Source: Yuukianura sp. NJ FZ-2021
Taxonomy: Eukaryota
Reading direction: 5' to 3'
Assembly (NCBI GenBank): GCA_046563655.1
Contig: CM102289.1
Span: 4,154,001 to 4,218,000, forward strand
DNA: 64,000 bases
Positions 14,195-26,575 of this stretch are shown here, piece by piece. The position numbers and the translations under genes were made by a program. Numbering within the stretch: position 1 is the stretch's first letter; each line of letters begins with the position of its first letter. The notes beneath the pieces were generated by a model. That model ran no database searches and was not told the DNA's origin. It saw only the letters and a list, made by a program, of their open reading frames with translations.

Positions 14195-14732
14195 TTTGAT
14201 TGAAGTTTGGTCGCGGCTTAAAATGTAAACTAAATGCTAACAATTTATACCAGTGTGTGCACTTCACTAATTACCCGTCGACTAACTACATAATCGCGTC
14301 TTCACCAAAGTTTAGTTCTAATCACGCCCTTATTTGGTGCATTTTTCTACCAGATCATTTTTGTTTTCAATGTAAAACGATAAAAATAGATAAGATTTAG
14401 CAAACAATAACTGAAAATTTTGAATTAGAACGTCAAAATGCTACTATAAATATAATCCTCAATTTCTAGCTGATTTACCTATTCAAGAAATGCTTCACAT
14501 CAACTACGTCTTATATTGCAAAATTGATTTACAACAAGTTTTAAGCTGTGTATAAAATCAAAAATTAAAGACCGAACTGTAATGAACATATTCTCAAATC
14601 TTCCAGTCTCCAGTCTCCAACTTCCTCCCTTTTTCAAAATAATATTGACTACTTAAGTATATAGTAACCATTTTAATTTATATATGTAGAATAACAACTT
14701 TTTTGTATAAATGTAATTGCATAAATTAATGT

Positions 14733-16060
14733 TTAGAATGCAAGGAGTAGATTTATAATGGACGATCCAACTACTTCTGCCCAAATGTATAGAACAAATT
14801 CTCTAGTTTCAAATGAAGACACGCTTCCAACATGGATGCGTAGTGGTGTCATTGCGGCCCAAAAACTTGCTTCATAGTTTGAAGTTCTTTGCGTTTGTCG
14901 ACGGGCTACTTCAATCAGTGTTTTTGAAAAAATGTTCTGCTCAGTAGAAAGGCTAAGGATAAAGTTTGTTGCAAATATACAAATGAAGTCAGCAATTGCA
15001 ACAGGAATGACGATTATCATAGGATAGTCGACACAATCGATTGTCAAAAAAGTCAAAATTACAATGGCTATCAACAGATTTGTAACTAAAATGGTAACAG
15101 GACGTCCATAAGCTTCTAGAAATGCTTGTCCGGTTACTTTAACCGTCATGTACCATAATGGTCTCCTGGCGTTTGTGTTGTTCCAAGATGTGGCTTCCTC
15201 GATACTATCGTGGTGCCGGCTGAAAATTGTAACACCAATACAAGTTTTTATTAACAAAAAAAATTGGATTGCATTGAAATCTTAATGCTAACCGTTGTGT
15301 AACAGTCCAATGACGATGAACTGTTTGAGGCTTAATAAATCTTTTAAGTTTTTTCAACTTACCTGGCTATACGCAAGTCCTTCAGTTGTTGATTAGTTGT
15401 GAATAAACATATAAAAAGCCAGTGAACAAGTATAAATATATTTACTGCTGAATGGCCTAGCCCAATTGCAACAGCAGCAAAAACACAAAATTTGACCAGG
15501 CTGAAACACCACAAGTATGTATAAGATTCGGGAAGGCTGACTTGCAATACTGCTAAAGCAATTCCATTGTGTAGTGTTGCAAACAGTCCAGGTAATGTCC
15601 ATGATACAAAGTACAGCCACGGCAGGCATATTATAGGATACATCACAGAATTGCAGCAGAAAAGGAAACACATAAAGTCAAAAGATCGCGGCAAACGACT
15701 ACCAATATTGAATTTAACAACTAAAGCCATATTGACGACGTTGACGCAACGATTACGAGTAGCAGGAGTCAGCAGAAACCATTGTGACATGTTCAGTATA
15801 CCAAAGATACAGTTCCCGCCAAGAGCAAAAATTGTTTCAATCCTTCTCATTGAGCCAAAACATACCTCGTAATACCAGTACAGTATAAATACTGCGACTA
15901 CCACGGTTGAAAAGATTCCAAAAATTTTGTGAACTCGTTTCTCATTTTGAATAACAGTGTCTGGCACACATTTTCCAAATTCGTATCGAACTGGAACGTA
16001 GTGCATGAACCCAGCCCATGCATACATAAACTTGACCCATAAATTTTTTCTATGCCGCAT
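14733..16060 (-). CDS. Gustatory-receptor-like 7TM chemoreceptor, 2 exons (16060-15363, 15219-14733)
   Basis: Multiple hydrophobic segments. C-terminus PLRIHVGSVSSFETREFVLYIWAEVVGSSIINLLLAF resembles the GR/OR superfamily TM7 region. Phase-2 intron gtaagt...ttttcag. Confidence 0.65.
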
Positions 16061-17118
16061 GACGAATAACTGATCGCATATAAAGACAATCAAAAAACAC
16101 AACGTGTGCCAACAGAAAATACTTATGCGTTATACTGACGTAATTATACGTGATTGACTACATATATATAAATATACAACATAACAAAATTATACAATAG
16201 TCTAACTGTGATGTATGTGCTTGTTCAACCTAGCAACAATAGTACCGGCACCGTATGGATGAGGGATTTTGTATTGAGTTGGGTTTACTGAAGCATTTCG
16301 GGACTACATTCTATGCTAAATACAGATCGTATCTTAATCTAGGAATAGATTAACTAATTCAATCAAGTGGATTATCATCCGGTTTATCATGTACATAATT
16401 GAGAAGCATCGGTAGTCAATGCTGATTGAAAGCGACATTTCAGTAATTAAAAAGGCAATTCATTAGCTTAACTAACCCTATGAGCGCCAGTTTGCGATTT
16501 CAATTTTTTTTAAATTTATTTTTTACATATCCTTATCCGTCACACGATGCCGCAGGTTGAAAAAAAAATTCAACGGCCGGCAAAAAAAAAATTTCAAATT
16601 AAAACCTTCCTAAACCGATAAGAATCAAACCAGAAATAAACCTTAGACTATCAAAAAAACCGACTTGAATATGTTTGAATTTTATGTATTTCAGAGTAGT
16701 CCAAAATAATTATCCGCATGGGACGTAAAACCACGACTTTTGTGTTTACTAAAAATTTTGATGCGTTTCCGTGGCGACTTAAAAAAATTTTGAAATGTTA
16801 TGGGGAGTTCACACAGAGGTACTGCCACGACGTTTTTTTTGCGCCGCGAGTATTTGTAGATTTAATGAATTTACTGGAGGAAAAAAATTTGCCACTGGAA
16901 GAAAAACATCCCCACTGGGCGAAAGCTTTAGCAGATGAAAGATAGTGAGCAATCTAAAAGTGCAATCTAAAAAGATATACCGAAATATATGTCTCAAAAG
17001 GCGGAGAAATCTAGCATAAGGAAAAATCGTACGCTTTGTATTTTTTTAATTCGATTTACATCAACATTACAAACTGTGTTTGTAACACTTTAATTATTTG
17101 TAAAACAGTAATTCAAAC

Positions 17119-18679
17119 TCAAGCTAAGCGAAACTTGATTTTTTGACTCGCTACACTTCGAAGTGACGAATAGTTTTTTCGTGAGGCGCTTACAACTTCA
17201 GCGTTGAATTCATTCACAAAATGGGTGATAAAGATTTTGATACAAAGTAGCGAAAGGCGTTTTCCTGGGCAAGTGTGAACACCTCCGCCCCATAACCAAA
17301 TTGATTTCGAATCCATTGGCTCCTCTTTACGTAAAAATCGTTCGGGATTGTACAGAATTGCTTGTTCGAAAACATCTTCCGCCGGGTCCATTTCAAAAAG
17401 TAATGCTCCAGGAACAGCTACTACGTCCGTGTTTCCTAAATCATAGGAACCGAGGGTCCGATTTACAACTGGCGATCTCACACTTACAATTAAATTGGCA
17501 TTGAGGCGAATGCCCTCCATTACGCATGCGTGCAGTGTCTTATTTCGTGAAATTTCATCGACGCTGGCCCCATTTAGTTCATTCCTCAATGTATCCCAGA
17601 GATCCTTCCGATGCGTCAATTCCTTCAAGATTTGATAACAAGACGGTACTGGAGAAGACATCATTTGTAAGTAAAATGTCAGCAGGATTTCGCCTACTTC
17701 TTCTTCTGAAAACTTTCGGAAAGAACCGCGTTCCTCAAAATTGTAGTCAACCAATTGCCGTGTTATAACAGATTCTTGCTTATTCTTATTTTCAAAATAT
17801 TCTCGAACATGAGGAAGCAGTAGGTTAACACACTTCCTCCTCCAGTAAACAGCCCTGCGCAGGAAAACGTTTTTGACAATAAATTCTGGGAGGAATGTGC
17901 TCGCAAGAGCTGTTACGGAAAACCAGTTGAAGGAAGTTTCAATAACAGCGGAAACCTTTGGACTAATTTCAACCGCAAACATGGATTTGAAAATAGCGCG
18001 TACGTAAGTGTTGCGCATGATCTCATCTTCGTCAACCAATCGCGTATTATTTCCTGCGACTTGTTCTTTGAACTGTTCAATTGCGGATTTCATTTCGTCG
18101 TTGACATTTTCGACATACTCTGACATTTGAGGATTGAAGGAGTTCTGAAGGAATGCCTTCAGTGTTGTGTTCATATTGTCCAAGTTGTCCGTTGTTACTT
18201 CATTGACATAGATACTGTTGAGAAACTTGTAAAGAGATAGTGAAGACTCTCCGCCACTGAAGTACTCTTTTACCAAGTCACGACTACACAGAATAGTGCA
18301 CTTGCGCCAACCAAGTTTAATTGTAAATACTTTACCATAGCGTTTGTAGCAAGAATAAAGAAATCCTGCTGGATCCCAAACGAATTTAGCCGCGTGACCG
18401 GCTGGACACCAATACGGCACTGTTGGAATGTGCAGTTTTCCCGATTTTCCCACTTTGTAATTTGCTTGAATTCCTTTTAGTTGCATAACCAGGAATAGTA
18501 CCGAAATTAGTAACAATGTTAGAAGTAATGCATCTGAAAGCCTATAAATTAAGTATTCGACTCTTTTAGTATCGTAACTATGCTTGAACACGAATCTACC
18601 GGCATTTATTTGTATATAGTTATTATACGTAAAAATCAATTTACCAAAATGTTCTTCCAAAAATAGTCAAATCCCACAT
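17119..18679 (-). CDS. Divergent cytochrome P450 (CYP51/CYP7-like appearance), 2 exons (18679-18645, 18541-17119)
   Basis: ExxR (EGIR), PERF and heme motif WGGGVHTCPG are present. Exon 1 MWDLTIFGRTF splices (gtaaat...ttatag) to the TM anchor WLSDALLLTLLLISVLFLV. The ORF-track TTG start is probably wrong. Confidence 0.9.
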
Positions 18680-19991
18680 CGTAACGTTTTGAAAAATTTG
18701 CAGAAAATTCGTACAATAAAACCAACCAATCGTTCAATTTTGACAACTTTTCTAGAAAGAATGGAGATGCAGTGTACTGAACGTGTGAATTTAACTTGGC
18801 TTTTAATGGTGCTTACGTGAATGGATTACATAAGTTCTACTTAAATTGCAATATAGAATTAAACAGAAAGAACTTTAATGGCTTTCCTTACTTCTTATGA
18901 GAAGAAAACAAATTATTATTTGACTAAATAACTTCCTTACTTTTTTTTTATTTTTAGATTTTTAGTCAGATTAATTTAATTAGTCGAACACAAAATATTC
19001 TGCCTTCTCATTGAACCAGTTTTTACATAATCGCATTTATAAAAATTGCCTAGGTTCAAACAACAAATTGCGATAATGATATAATAATAATGATAACCTG
19101 GAATTATATTTCGAAGTAGTACCCACGCATTAAAATTTTGGAGTAGGAGAATTGGTAAATTGCTTAATTTAATCACTAGCAAAGAAACTCTTTTTCGTCT
19201 TCTTTCAAATTAACTTGTTTGTTAAAATATGATTGTTGCAAAATATAATGTTTCCCCATAAAGTAAAAGCATAAACGTTGAAAATTTAAAATTACAAAAT
19301 TAAAAAAAAACATTTATTCATGGTTGGTTGGCATTTGGGTAATTTTTTTTTGCACAAAAGCGTTTTTACATAATTTGAGCTTGATAAAAGTATCGCCAGA
19401 GTAAGCCATGAATGTAGCAAATCTCCGACCAAAAGCAAAGCCGTGTGCCTTTGTATCATGACAATTTTTGATTTTTCTTAATATTTAGTCTAATTAGTGC
19501 GCTATTTAGATTTGGTTTTCTTTGGCAAACTGATTCTGATCATATCTTAATAATTATTTTTTTGCTTAAATATGCTTAAAATAGTAAATAATACTCAATT
19601 TGCTTCCACTTTTAATTCGAGTTTAAAGCGGTTCGAGTCTGAGTTTGATTTTTTGACCAGCGACATTTCCAAGTGACATGTAATTTTTCTTTGAAGTCGA
19701 CAGGACCTCCATGTTGAAATGATTCACAAAATTATTCAAAAATATTTTCATGAGGTTCTGTGAAAGAGTTCTGCCAATCATGCCAATTCAGGACAAGCAT
19801 GGACACCAGAACCCCATACCCAAATAGTGTTGGAATCCATCGACTCAGGTTTTTCTTGTCGCAAAAATCTCTCAGGGTCATACAGATCCTAACCGACTTT
19901 CTAGATCAGTACTGGTTATAAAAGTAAAAAAAGAAAACCTCAACGCAAATTGCCTGTACTGCACATTTAACTTGATCTGTAGCAGTATTAT

Positions 19992-20371
19992 CAGTGTTGG
20001 TGGACGCTTTAACGTCCAGTGGCTTAAATGCCACTTCCGCTGGAAGAAATTCACGCGAAATAGAAAAACTTTTAGTGGATGGAAGAAATGAGGAATTTAG
20101 CGCGAAAAAATTCGAATTTAAGATTGCAAGATAGCAATATGAAAAAGAGTTTCTTTCCTTGTAAAATTAATTGTTTAATTAATACTCATACAAAAATGTA
20201 TTTCCTTCGTTTTTGTTCTGTATTTTGAATTGTTCATGCTTATTGTATTTAATTAATTCAAACCCGGCGGGCATAGCTCCGCCCCTTTGGATTTATCTAT
20301 TTAGTCAATTTCTTCCACTGGATATCCAGCCGTGGATGAAATGTCGAAAAAGTGGATATCCACCAACACTG
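19992..20371. mobile_element. hAT-type MITE (380 bp)
   Basis: 13-bp TIR CAGTGTTGGTGGA/TCCACCAACACTG and 8-bp TSD AGTATTAT (19984-19991, 20372-20379). Confidence 0.85.
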
Positions 20372-21132
20372 AGTATTATCAATTAAATGCTGGTATAGAA
20401 TTGCATCAACCGCTTAATATAGTGTTACCGACACTACAGTATTTTCCTTCAGCCTTTGTCAACAAAATTATGGTTAGATTGTACAAAAAGAACAGAGGAA
20501 AACAGTCCCGGAAATATAGCGGTTTCTGAGATAATTGCTGGTCGGCATGTATAGCAGCAGGACGGTTGGTCAGACAGACAGAGAGAAAAGTTCAAACTGA
20601 TAAGTAGCTTACGCTAGGTAACAAATGTAGTTGGCAATGGGCCGTTCTGTTAAATTGGCATGACAAATCACTTCCTCCTGGCAACACAAGAGACACAAAC
20701 CGCTAATCGAAATTGTACAACCTCGAAAAGTGACCATATTTTCCAATTAAAATTGGCGGTGGTTTGGATTGACGTGAGAATAAGCTATCTGTGATGACCA
20801 TAAGCTCGTTTAATTTAAAACTAATACCAAAACAACTGATATTGTCTATGGTGGTTTTCACAATTACCAAAGTTTTAACGTTTTTACCAAAACATGTTAC
20901 AGGCTCCGGAAAGATTTATAAATTAGATGAACAAATTATTGGCTCCACTGAAAACACGTCTTCTGAAAATGCTTGAAAAGCACTTACTTTATAGAACTTT
21001 TGTAGACAACATTGGTTTGAGGCCTAAACGACGTCGCTCTTTAAACTTGTATCACGTGTGAAATTACCTAATCAATTTCAGAAGTGGTTTGCCAATTGAG
21101 ACAAAGTTTGCTTAGTGGTAAGCCATACTGGG

Positions 21133-21140
21133 TATAAATA
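21133..21140 (+). promoter_or_regulatory. TATA box of defensin-like gene A
   Basis: TATAAATA about 100 bp upstream of the ATG. An equivalent TATAAAT lies at 22796 for paralog B. Confidence 0.65.
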
Positions 21141-21234
21141 CGAGATAATCTGGAAAGAGTCTCAATAAGTAACAAATTTCAACTTCCCTGACATTACTTG
21201 TCAAGCATCGCAACTCCGTGGACGTATTACCAAA

Positions 21235-21620
21235 ATGTCGAAACTTACGATTCTCCTTATTATTGTTGGCTTCGTAGCCATGGTAATATTCAAGAGTTCA
21301 TTATACTTAAAATAGATTCAAGTTTACCCAATAACTTTGTAGTAACTTTTTTTTTACAACGCTTTGGTCTAACGTAGATCTGCGTTGAATCAGAAGCACT
21401 CTGCAACCAAGCCTTCTGTGACAACTTCTGCGTTTCAAATGGATTTCCAAAACAAGGCTGTGATGCTGGAGGACAATGCCGATGCGGAGCCAAATCTGCT
21501 GGAGGCTCTGCTGCCTGTCAGCCAGCCGCTTGCAACAGCTTCTGTACCTCACGAGGCTTCCCACCAAAAGGCTGCAACCCCGTCAACCAACAGTGTCAAT
21601 GTGGCGCCAAATTGCTGTAA
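21235..21620 (+). CDS. Two-domain CSab defensin-like peptide A, 2 exons (21235-21282, 21378-21620)
   Basis: MSKLTILLIIVGFVAM/ICVESEA-LCNQAFCDNFCVSNGFPKQGCDAGGQCRCGAKSAGGSAACQPAACNSFCTSRGFPPKGCNPVNQQCQCGAKLL*, with two C-x4-C-x3-C-x9-C-x5/6-CxC units. Absent from the ORF track in this frame. Confidence 0.88.
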
Positions 21621-22894
21621 ATATAAAACAAGTATTATAAACTCTGACACAAGGCATTTGAATAAATTCAATAATGTGACCTCTTAAGTTACTTTCGTAT
21701 GTGGACTGCTATTTTTCCTTTAAAAAACGTCTTGCTTCTATTGTCTTGTTATTCTTTTTTATTCTTGCTACTCTTTTGTTTCGCTGTTACTGGCACTATA
21801 GCGATTAAACGCCGTGTGGCGTTTACTCAAACTCATACCAACGTGTATACCAGTTACCAGTAACGTTTAATCGCTGCACCGTTTTTGTTCTTTGATGAAA
21901 AATTAAGGAAGGTAAGTCTAACTTATACGCCTTAACATTTCTTTGAGTATTTCATTTGTTTCCATTTTTTATTTTCGCAATTAACCTTCAACGTTTACGT
22001 TGCCGTAAAAGTGGGCATTTGAGTTTTCAGTATGAGTCCGAAAAGCTTTTTAGCCGTAGAACCGTTTGATCGACTTTGAATCTGTTTTCAATTACCACTT
22101 CCGAATTGTCACAACAGAAAAAGCCTGTATTTAGTTTACCATTGATCACTCGGATATTCGTGGGCTCTGTTTCATAATCACTTCCCATTCGGGTGACCAA
22201 CGGATTACGTAATTAGCAACTACTTACAGGCAATTAAAGACGCATCAGAAAGTGGTTTAGCGGTAACCTTATGACGCTCTTGCCTTGGAATAAATTAGTG
22301 TAATGAAGGTAGAAGCAACCTTTATCCTTGATTTTTTTTAAATTTGGTGACATTTTTTTGCACAACAAGTTATGTCACTTGCAGTTGACGCAATTCAATA
22401 ACCTCCATATACCACTCCTCCGGATATTATATTCGCCACTAGATAAAAGTGGGATAATGTTAGCAAATATTTTCGAACAGCACCACGCGGTACGAAACAT
22501 GAAAAAAATAAAAGTAAAATCTTTCGATGATTTGTGAAATAGTTTGATGAAAAGACATTAACTTCGCTGAAAAGACAATTACAGAAGTAGCACTTTGTGG
22601 AAATGGTAATGAAAATTATTCGTGTGTGCGTTTCAATTTCTGATTCTGCAAGATTCTGCAGAAAATTTTACAACGCAAATTCAAATAAACCAATTTCTAA
22701 AAAAAATCTTCAATACCGGTTTTCGTTCGTCAATCTCCAATTTGACAACTCTAGAAATGCTTTCTGTATTTGTTGAAGTCCTTGGTATCACCAGGTATAA
22801 ATGCGAAGTTACACGTAGCTGGAAGTATTCGTTGGAAGATAGAAGTTGAAATTCAAGAATTCAAATTGGTGAATCTCCGTCAAGAGTAGCTAGA

Positions 22895-23309
22895 ATGTCC
22901 AAGACTACAATTTTCCTTGCTGTCCTCGTCGTGGCCCTGGTAAAAAAATAATTGTTTACAAAAATAAGTACTTATTTTGTTTTTAAACAGTTTCCTAAAT
23001 TACGATCAATTGTGATAAAATCTGTCAAATCGATTTTCTAGCTCTAACATAATAATTTCCTTTTTATTTCTTTAGTGTTGCGTTGAAATCGAGTCAAAAT
23101 GCAAACCAGCCAAATGTGACGCATTTTGTGACTCAAAAGGATTCCCGCGTGGAGGCTGTGATGATGCTGGACTGTGCGAGTGCGGCGAAAAATCAGATGC
23201 CGACTGTATCCCGTTCGCTTGCGACAGCTATTGTACTTCGCAGGGCTACCCGACGAAAGGCTGCAATACCGCAACAAAAAGCTGTGAATGCGGTGACAAG
23301 CCTATTTGA
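22895..23309 (+). CDS. Two-domain CSab defensin-like peptide B, 2 exons (22895-22939, 23076-23309)
   Basis: MSKTTIFLAVLVVAL/CCVEIES-KCKPAKCDAFCDSKGFPRGGCDDAGLCECGEKSDADCIPFACDSYCTSQGYPTKGCNTATKSCECGDKPI*. Same phase-0 intron and Cys spacing as A. Confidence 0.88.
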
Positions 23310-23769
23310 GCGTTCGGCGCAAAGAAATTGAACAAAAGCTGTTAAGTCCGTTTTGTTAGCTGATAATTCTAATAACTATTTTGAATCAAAACACCAATCT
23401 TAAACATCAATAATTTCTACAGAATCACACTAGCGTGTGCGCCTTCGTGCTATGTTAAGCTAACTTATAAAACTTGGAACTCACCAAGTACTTTAAAAAG
23501 TATCATGTTAATTAAACAGCATATTTGAAATAAATCAATCCTGTGCTGACGAACAAAGTTGACCAAATTCCAATAGGTCGTATACTAAACTACGTAAAAT
23601 TCAAATTCAATTAAAAAAAAATTAGGAAATGTTCGGGTTGACGTCTGACATCAAGGGAGTAATTGTACGGTCATAGTCTATAGGACAAAAACTACTCCCC
23701 TAATGATTCTGAATAACTTTCATATTGGTCATTTTTGAGATTGTCAGGGGTGCCCCCTTCACTTTCTGG

Positions 23770-24090
23770 ACTTGGAAAAGAAGAACGGCCAAATCCCATT
23801 GAAAAGTTATCTTGGTGCGATTCCAATGAAATTTTTCCCAGTTGTTAAGATTAATGTTGGGAGCATACGTGCAAATTTTCAGAACCCTAGAAACGATAGG
23901 TCAGGGGGCACGGGGGGTCAAAGGTCAAGTTGTCGTCCTATGACGACCCCATGCAAGTAGCATATCGTTGGAACGGGCTTGACGTCCTGATTCAGAAAAT
24001 GTATATAGGTCAATATCTATGACGTAAGACAACGAATTAATGGCGCCTAATTTCCAAAAATGTGAATTTCGAGAGCGGATTGGGACTTAC
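23770..24090. repeat. Solo arm of the dispersed palindromic element at 30910-31520
   Basis: Near-identical reverse complement of 31240-31510 (gaaaagttatcttggtgcgattccaatgaaatttttcccagttg...). Confidence 0.85.
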
Positions 24091-24324
24091 GATTTTTACG
24101 TTTTGCGTACACAGTAGATACCTGAACCATAATATTTTCTCTTCCAAAAATGGACGCTTCCTGCGTGCCTTCCACTTTTACTTTTTAATTAATTTCAATT
24201 TTCTACATATTTTTGAAAAAAAATACTAAATTTCAAAAAGTAGCTCATGTTCTGTAGAACGATTGGAATTAGATAACGCATAAATGTGACAGAAGTCCGG
24301 ACTTGGACTATTTTCTGCTTTAAA

Positions 24325-25613
24325 AATTGGAGGAACCAATGGTCAAAAGTAAAATGCCCAGGGGCACCATTTCTTGTAGTTTTTTCCCAAAGTGTCTACG
24401 TTCTGAATTTTGGAGATGGAGAAATAGGATAATGAAATTCAGTTTTGGCATCCAAAACTAATTTACAATTTAATGTATTTCAAGTCTTGCACTAAATCTG
24501 CCCATATTAGATTTAGTTTTAGAACATGACTTTACGAACCCAATGGGGAAATTATGGTGAAGCAATTTTTAAAAATTTCTCGAATAGATGTCCTCATTAA
24601 AGTTAAGCTGAAAGTTAAAAGACCTTAAACCCAAATTAAGTTTTTTAACATGAACTCGCTCATCACCTTTGCATTTTTTTTACAACTCCATCGGTAAAGA
24701 TAGATTCGAGTCACTATAAATACAAAAATGAGCGCAGTAATTGGCCATAGCTAGATTTTCAATCTGCCCTTTTGACACAAAAGTTTGAGTTCTGTTGTTT
24801 ATAAATTTGAGCAAAGCTTGTTAAACCTTCCTGAAAAAAAAAGCAGAGATTTTAGGTAAGGCTTTCCATTGAGTTCAGGGTATTGCTGTATAGCTTAATA
24901 AATGACTTCCAGCAAAGTCCTTAATCATTTTTTGAATATTTTGCTTAGCTTTGCTTAGCCTTAAATAATTGGAGGAACCAATGGTCAGAAGTATTTAAAT
25001 GCTTAGAAGCAACATTTCTTGTAGTTTTTTTTCCCAAAGTGTCTACGTACTGAATTTTGCAGATGGAGAAATAGGATAATGAAATTCAGTTTTGGCATCC
25101 AAAACGAATTTATAATTTAATTTATTTCAATTCTTTTCTAAATCTGTCCATTTTAGATTTAGTTTTAGAAGTATGACTTTACGAACCCAATGGAAAAATA
25201 ATAGAGAGATTTATTCATATCAGCAACTTTTTAAAACTGCTCGAATAGATGTCCCCATTAAAGTGAAGCTAAAAGTTAAAAGACCTTAGACCCAAATTAA
25301 GTTTTTTAACATGAACTCGCTCATCAACCTTTGCCACTTTTTTTACAACTCCATCGGTAAAGGTAGCTTCGAGTCCCTATAAATACAAAAACGAGCGCAG
25401 TAATTGGCCATACCTAGATTTTCAATCTACTCTTTTAACTCAAAGGTTTGGGTTCTGTTGTTTAAAAATATGAGCAGAGCTTAATAAACTTTTCTAAAAA
25501 GAAGGCAAAAATTTTAGGTAAGGCTATTCACTGGGTTCATGGTAATGCTATATAGCTTGATAAATGATTTCCACCAAAGTCGTTAATCATTTTTTTTGAA
25601 TATTTTGCTTAGC
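24325..25613 (+). repeat. Tandem duplication (about 642-bp units) of promoter, leader exon and 5'UTR intron
   Basis: Units start aattggaggaaccaatggtca at 24325 and 24967 and end ttttgcttagc. Each has TATAAATA (24715, 25378) and a gtaagg donor (24856, 25518). Confidence 0.9.
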
Positions 25614-25616
25614 GAC

Positions 25617-25976
25617 ATGAGGAAGGTACTGTTGTGGTCCGTTTTTGCAATGGTCATCTTTGCATCTTTGACGAAGGAGACAGAAGCTGCCTACTATCGT
25701 TCCGTTCTATGTGCTGCCCCTTCGTCATATGTTTCTTCGGAGTACAATGACAAAAATACGATGGACTGCGAAGTGCAGCTGGAAAAAGGGAAGAGCGACA
25801 TTTATAATTGCTACACGCGAAGCATTACAGGTGGTAAAATGGGCTATGTCTGTGATGCTCCAACCAAGGAAGCTTTCAATAACTTTGTAAACTGCTGCAC
25901 TAGCAAGAAAAACGGACAGGCAATTAATTGCAACGTAAGAGAGGAGAAGTGTGCCTTTACCAAACCAGGCAAATAA
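25617..25976 (+). CDS. Secreted 8-cysteine small protein of unknown family
   Basis: MRKVLLWSVFAMVIFASLTKETEA signal peptide, 8 Cys including a CC pair, and an intronless CDS just after a 5'UTR intron acceptor (ag at 25611-25612). Confidence 0.8.
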   Translation: MRKVLLWSVFAMVIFASLTKETEAAYYRSVLCAAPSSYVSSEYNDKNTMDCEVQLEKGKSDIYNCYTRSITGGKMGYVCDAPTKEAFNNFVNCCTSKKNGQAINCNVREEKCAFTKPGK

Positions 25977-26230
25977 GACAACTTAAGTAGGGATTTACTA
26001 CCTACCAAGCAAGATCAATTGTAGTTGGAATTAAAAATTATTAAAACCCTATCCGAGAATATAGTTTTTTTGTCCTAAATTCTGTCAAAACCCTAAATCT
26101 GGAATTCAATAAAAATTACTATTTACAATAAAAGTTTGTTTGAGCAGCAAACTACTTTAAACATATTTAGTTTTCATTTTTCGTGTGTACACCACACCAG
26201 TTGTGGAATCTAATTTTTTATTTAGAAAAA

Positions 26231-26274
26231 TACCCAAGCTTTCGGAACAATTACTTTGTCCTTCTTCAGGGATA
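26231..26274 (-). ncRNA. Minimal type I hammerhead ribozyme (Penelope-associated)
   Basis: Minus strand UAUCC-CUGAAGA-A-GGACAA-agtaa-UUGUUCC-GAAA-GC-UU-GGGUA: stem I, catalytic core, stem II with a 1-nt bulge, and palindromic AAGCUU stem III. Confidence 0.7.
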
Positions 26275-26575
26275 GAACTTATGAAAAAATTTTAAAAGAA
26301 AAAACTATAAAAATAACTTGACTGAAAATTTAAATAGTATTTGTTGACGGGGGACATTTTTGTTTTTGTAGTTTCCTTGTCATAGGGACCAGTAAAGATT
26401 TCCAAATTGGGTTAATTTTCATTCCGTTGTCTTGATTTAAATTGTCCGATTCAGAATCGATGAAAAGAGATTCGTAGAACTTCCTATGGAAGTTTTTCGG
26501 TTCTTTTAAAATGAGACTTGCTGAGTCGACTAAGACGTTGTGGTTTTGAAAGTCTTTCAGATGCTTGACTTGACA
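26231..26575 (-). mobile_element. 5'-truncated Penelope-like retroelement fragment (GIY-YIG endonuclease C-terminus plus 3' region)
   Basis: Minus frame 26569-26330 reads VKHLKDFQNHNVLVDSASLILKEPKNFHRKFYESLFIDSESDNLNQDNGMKINPIWKSLL..., matching the PLE GIY-YIG tail (H..H, R...E..I, LN.D.G...W). A hammerhead motif follows. Confidence 0.8.
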
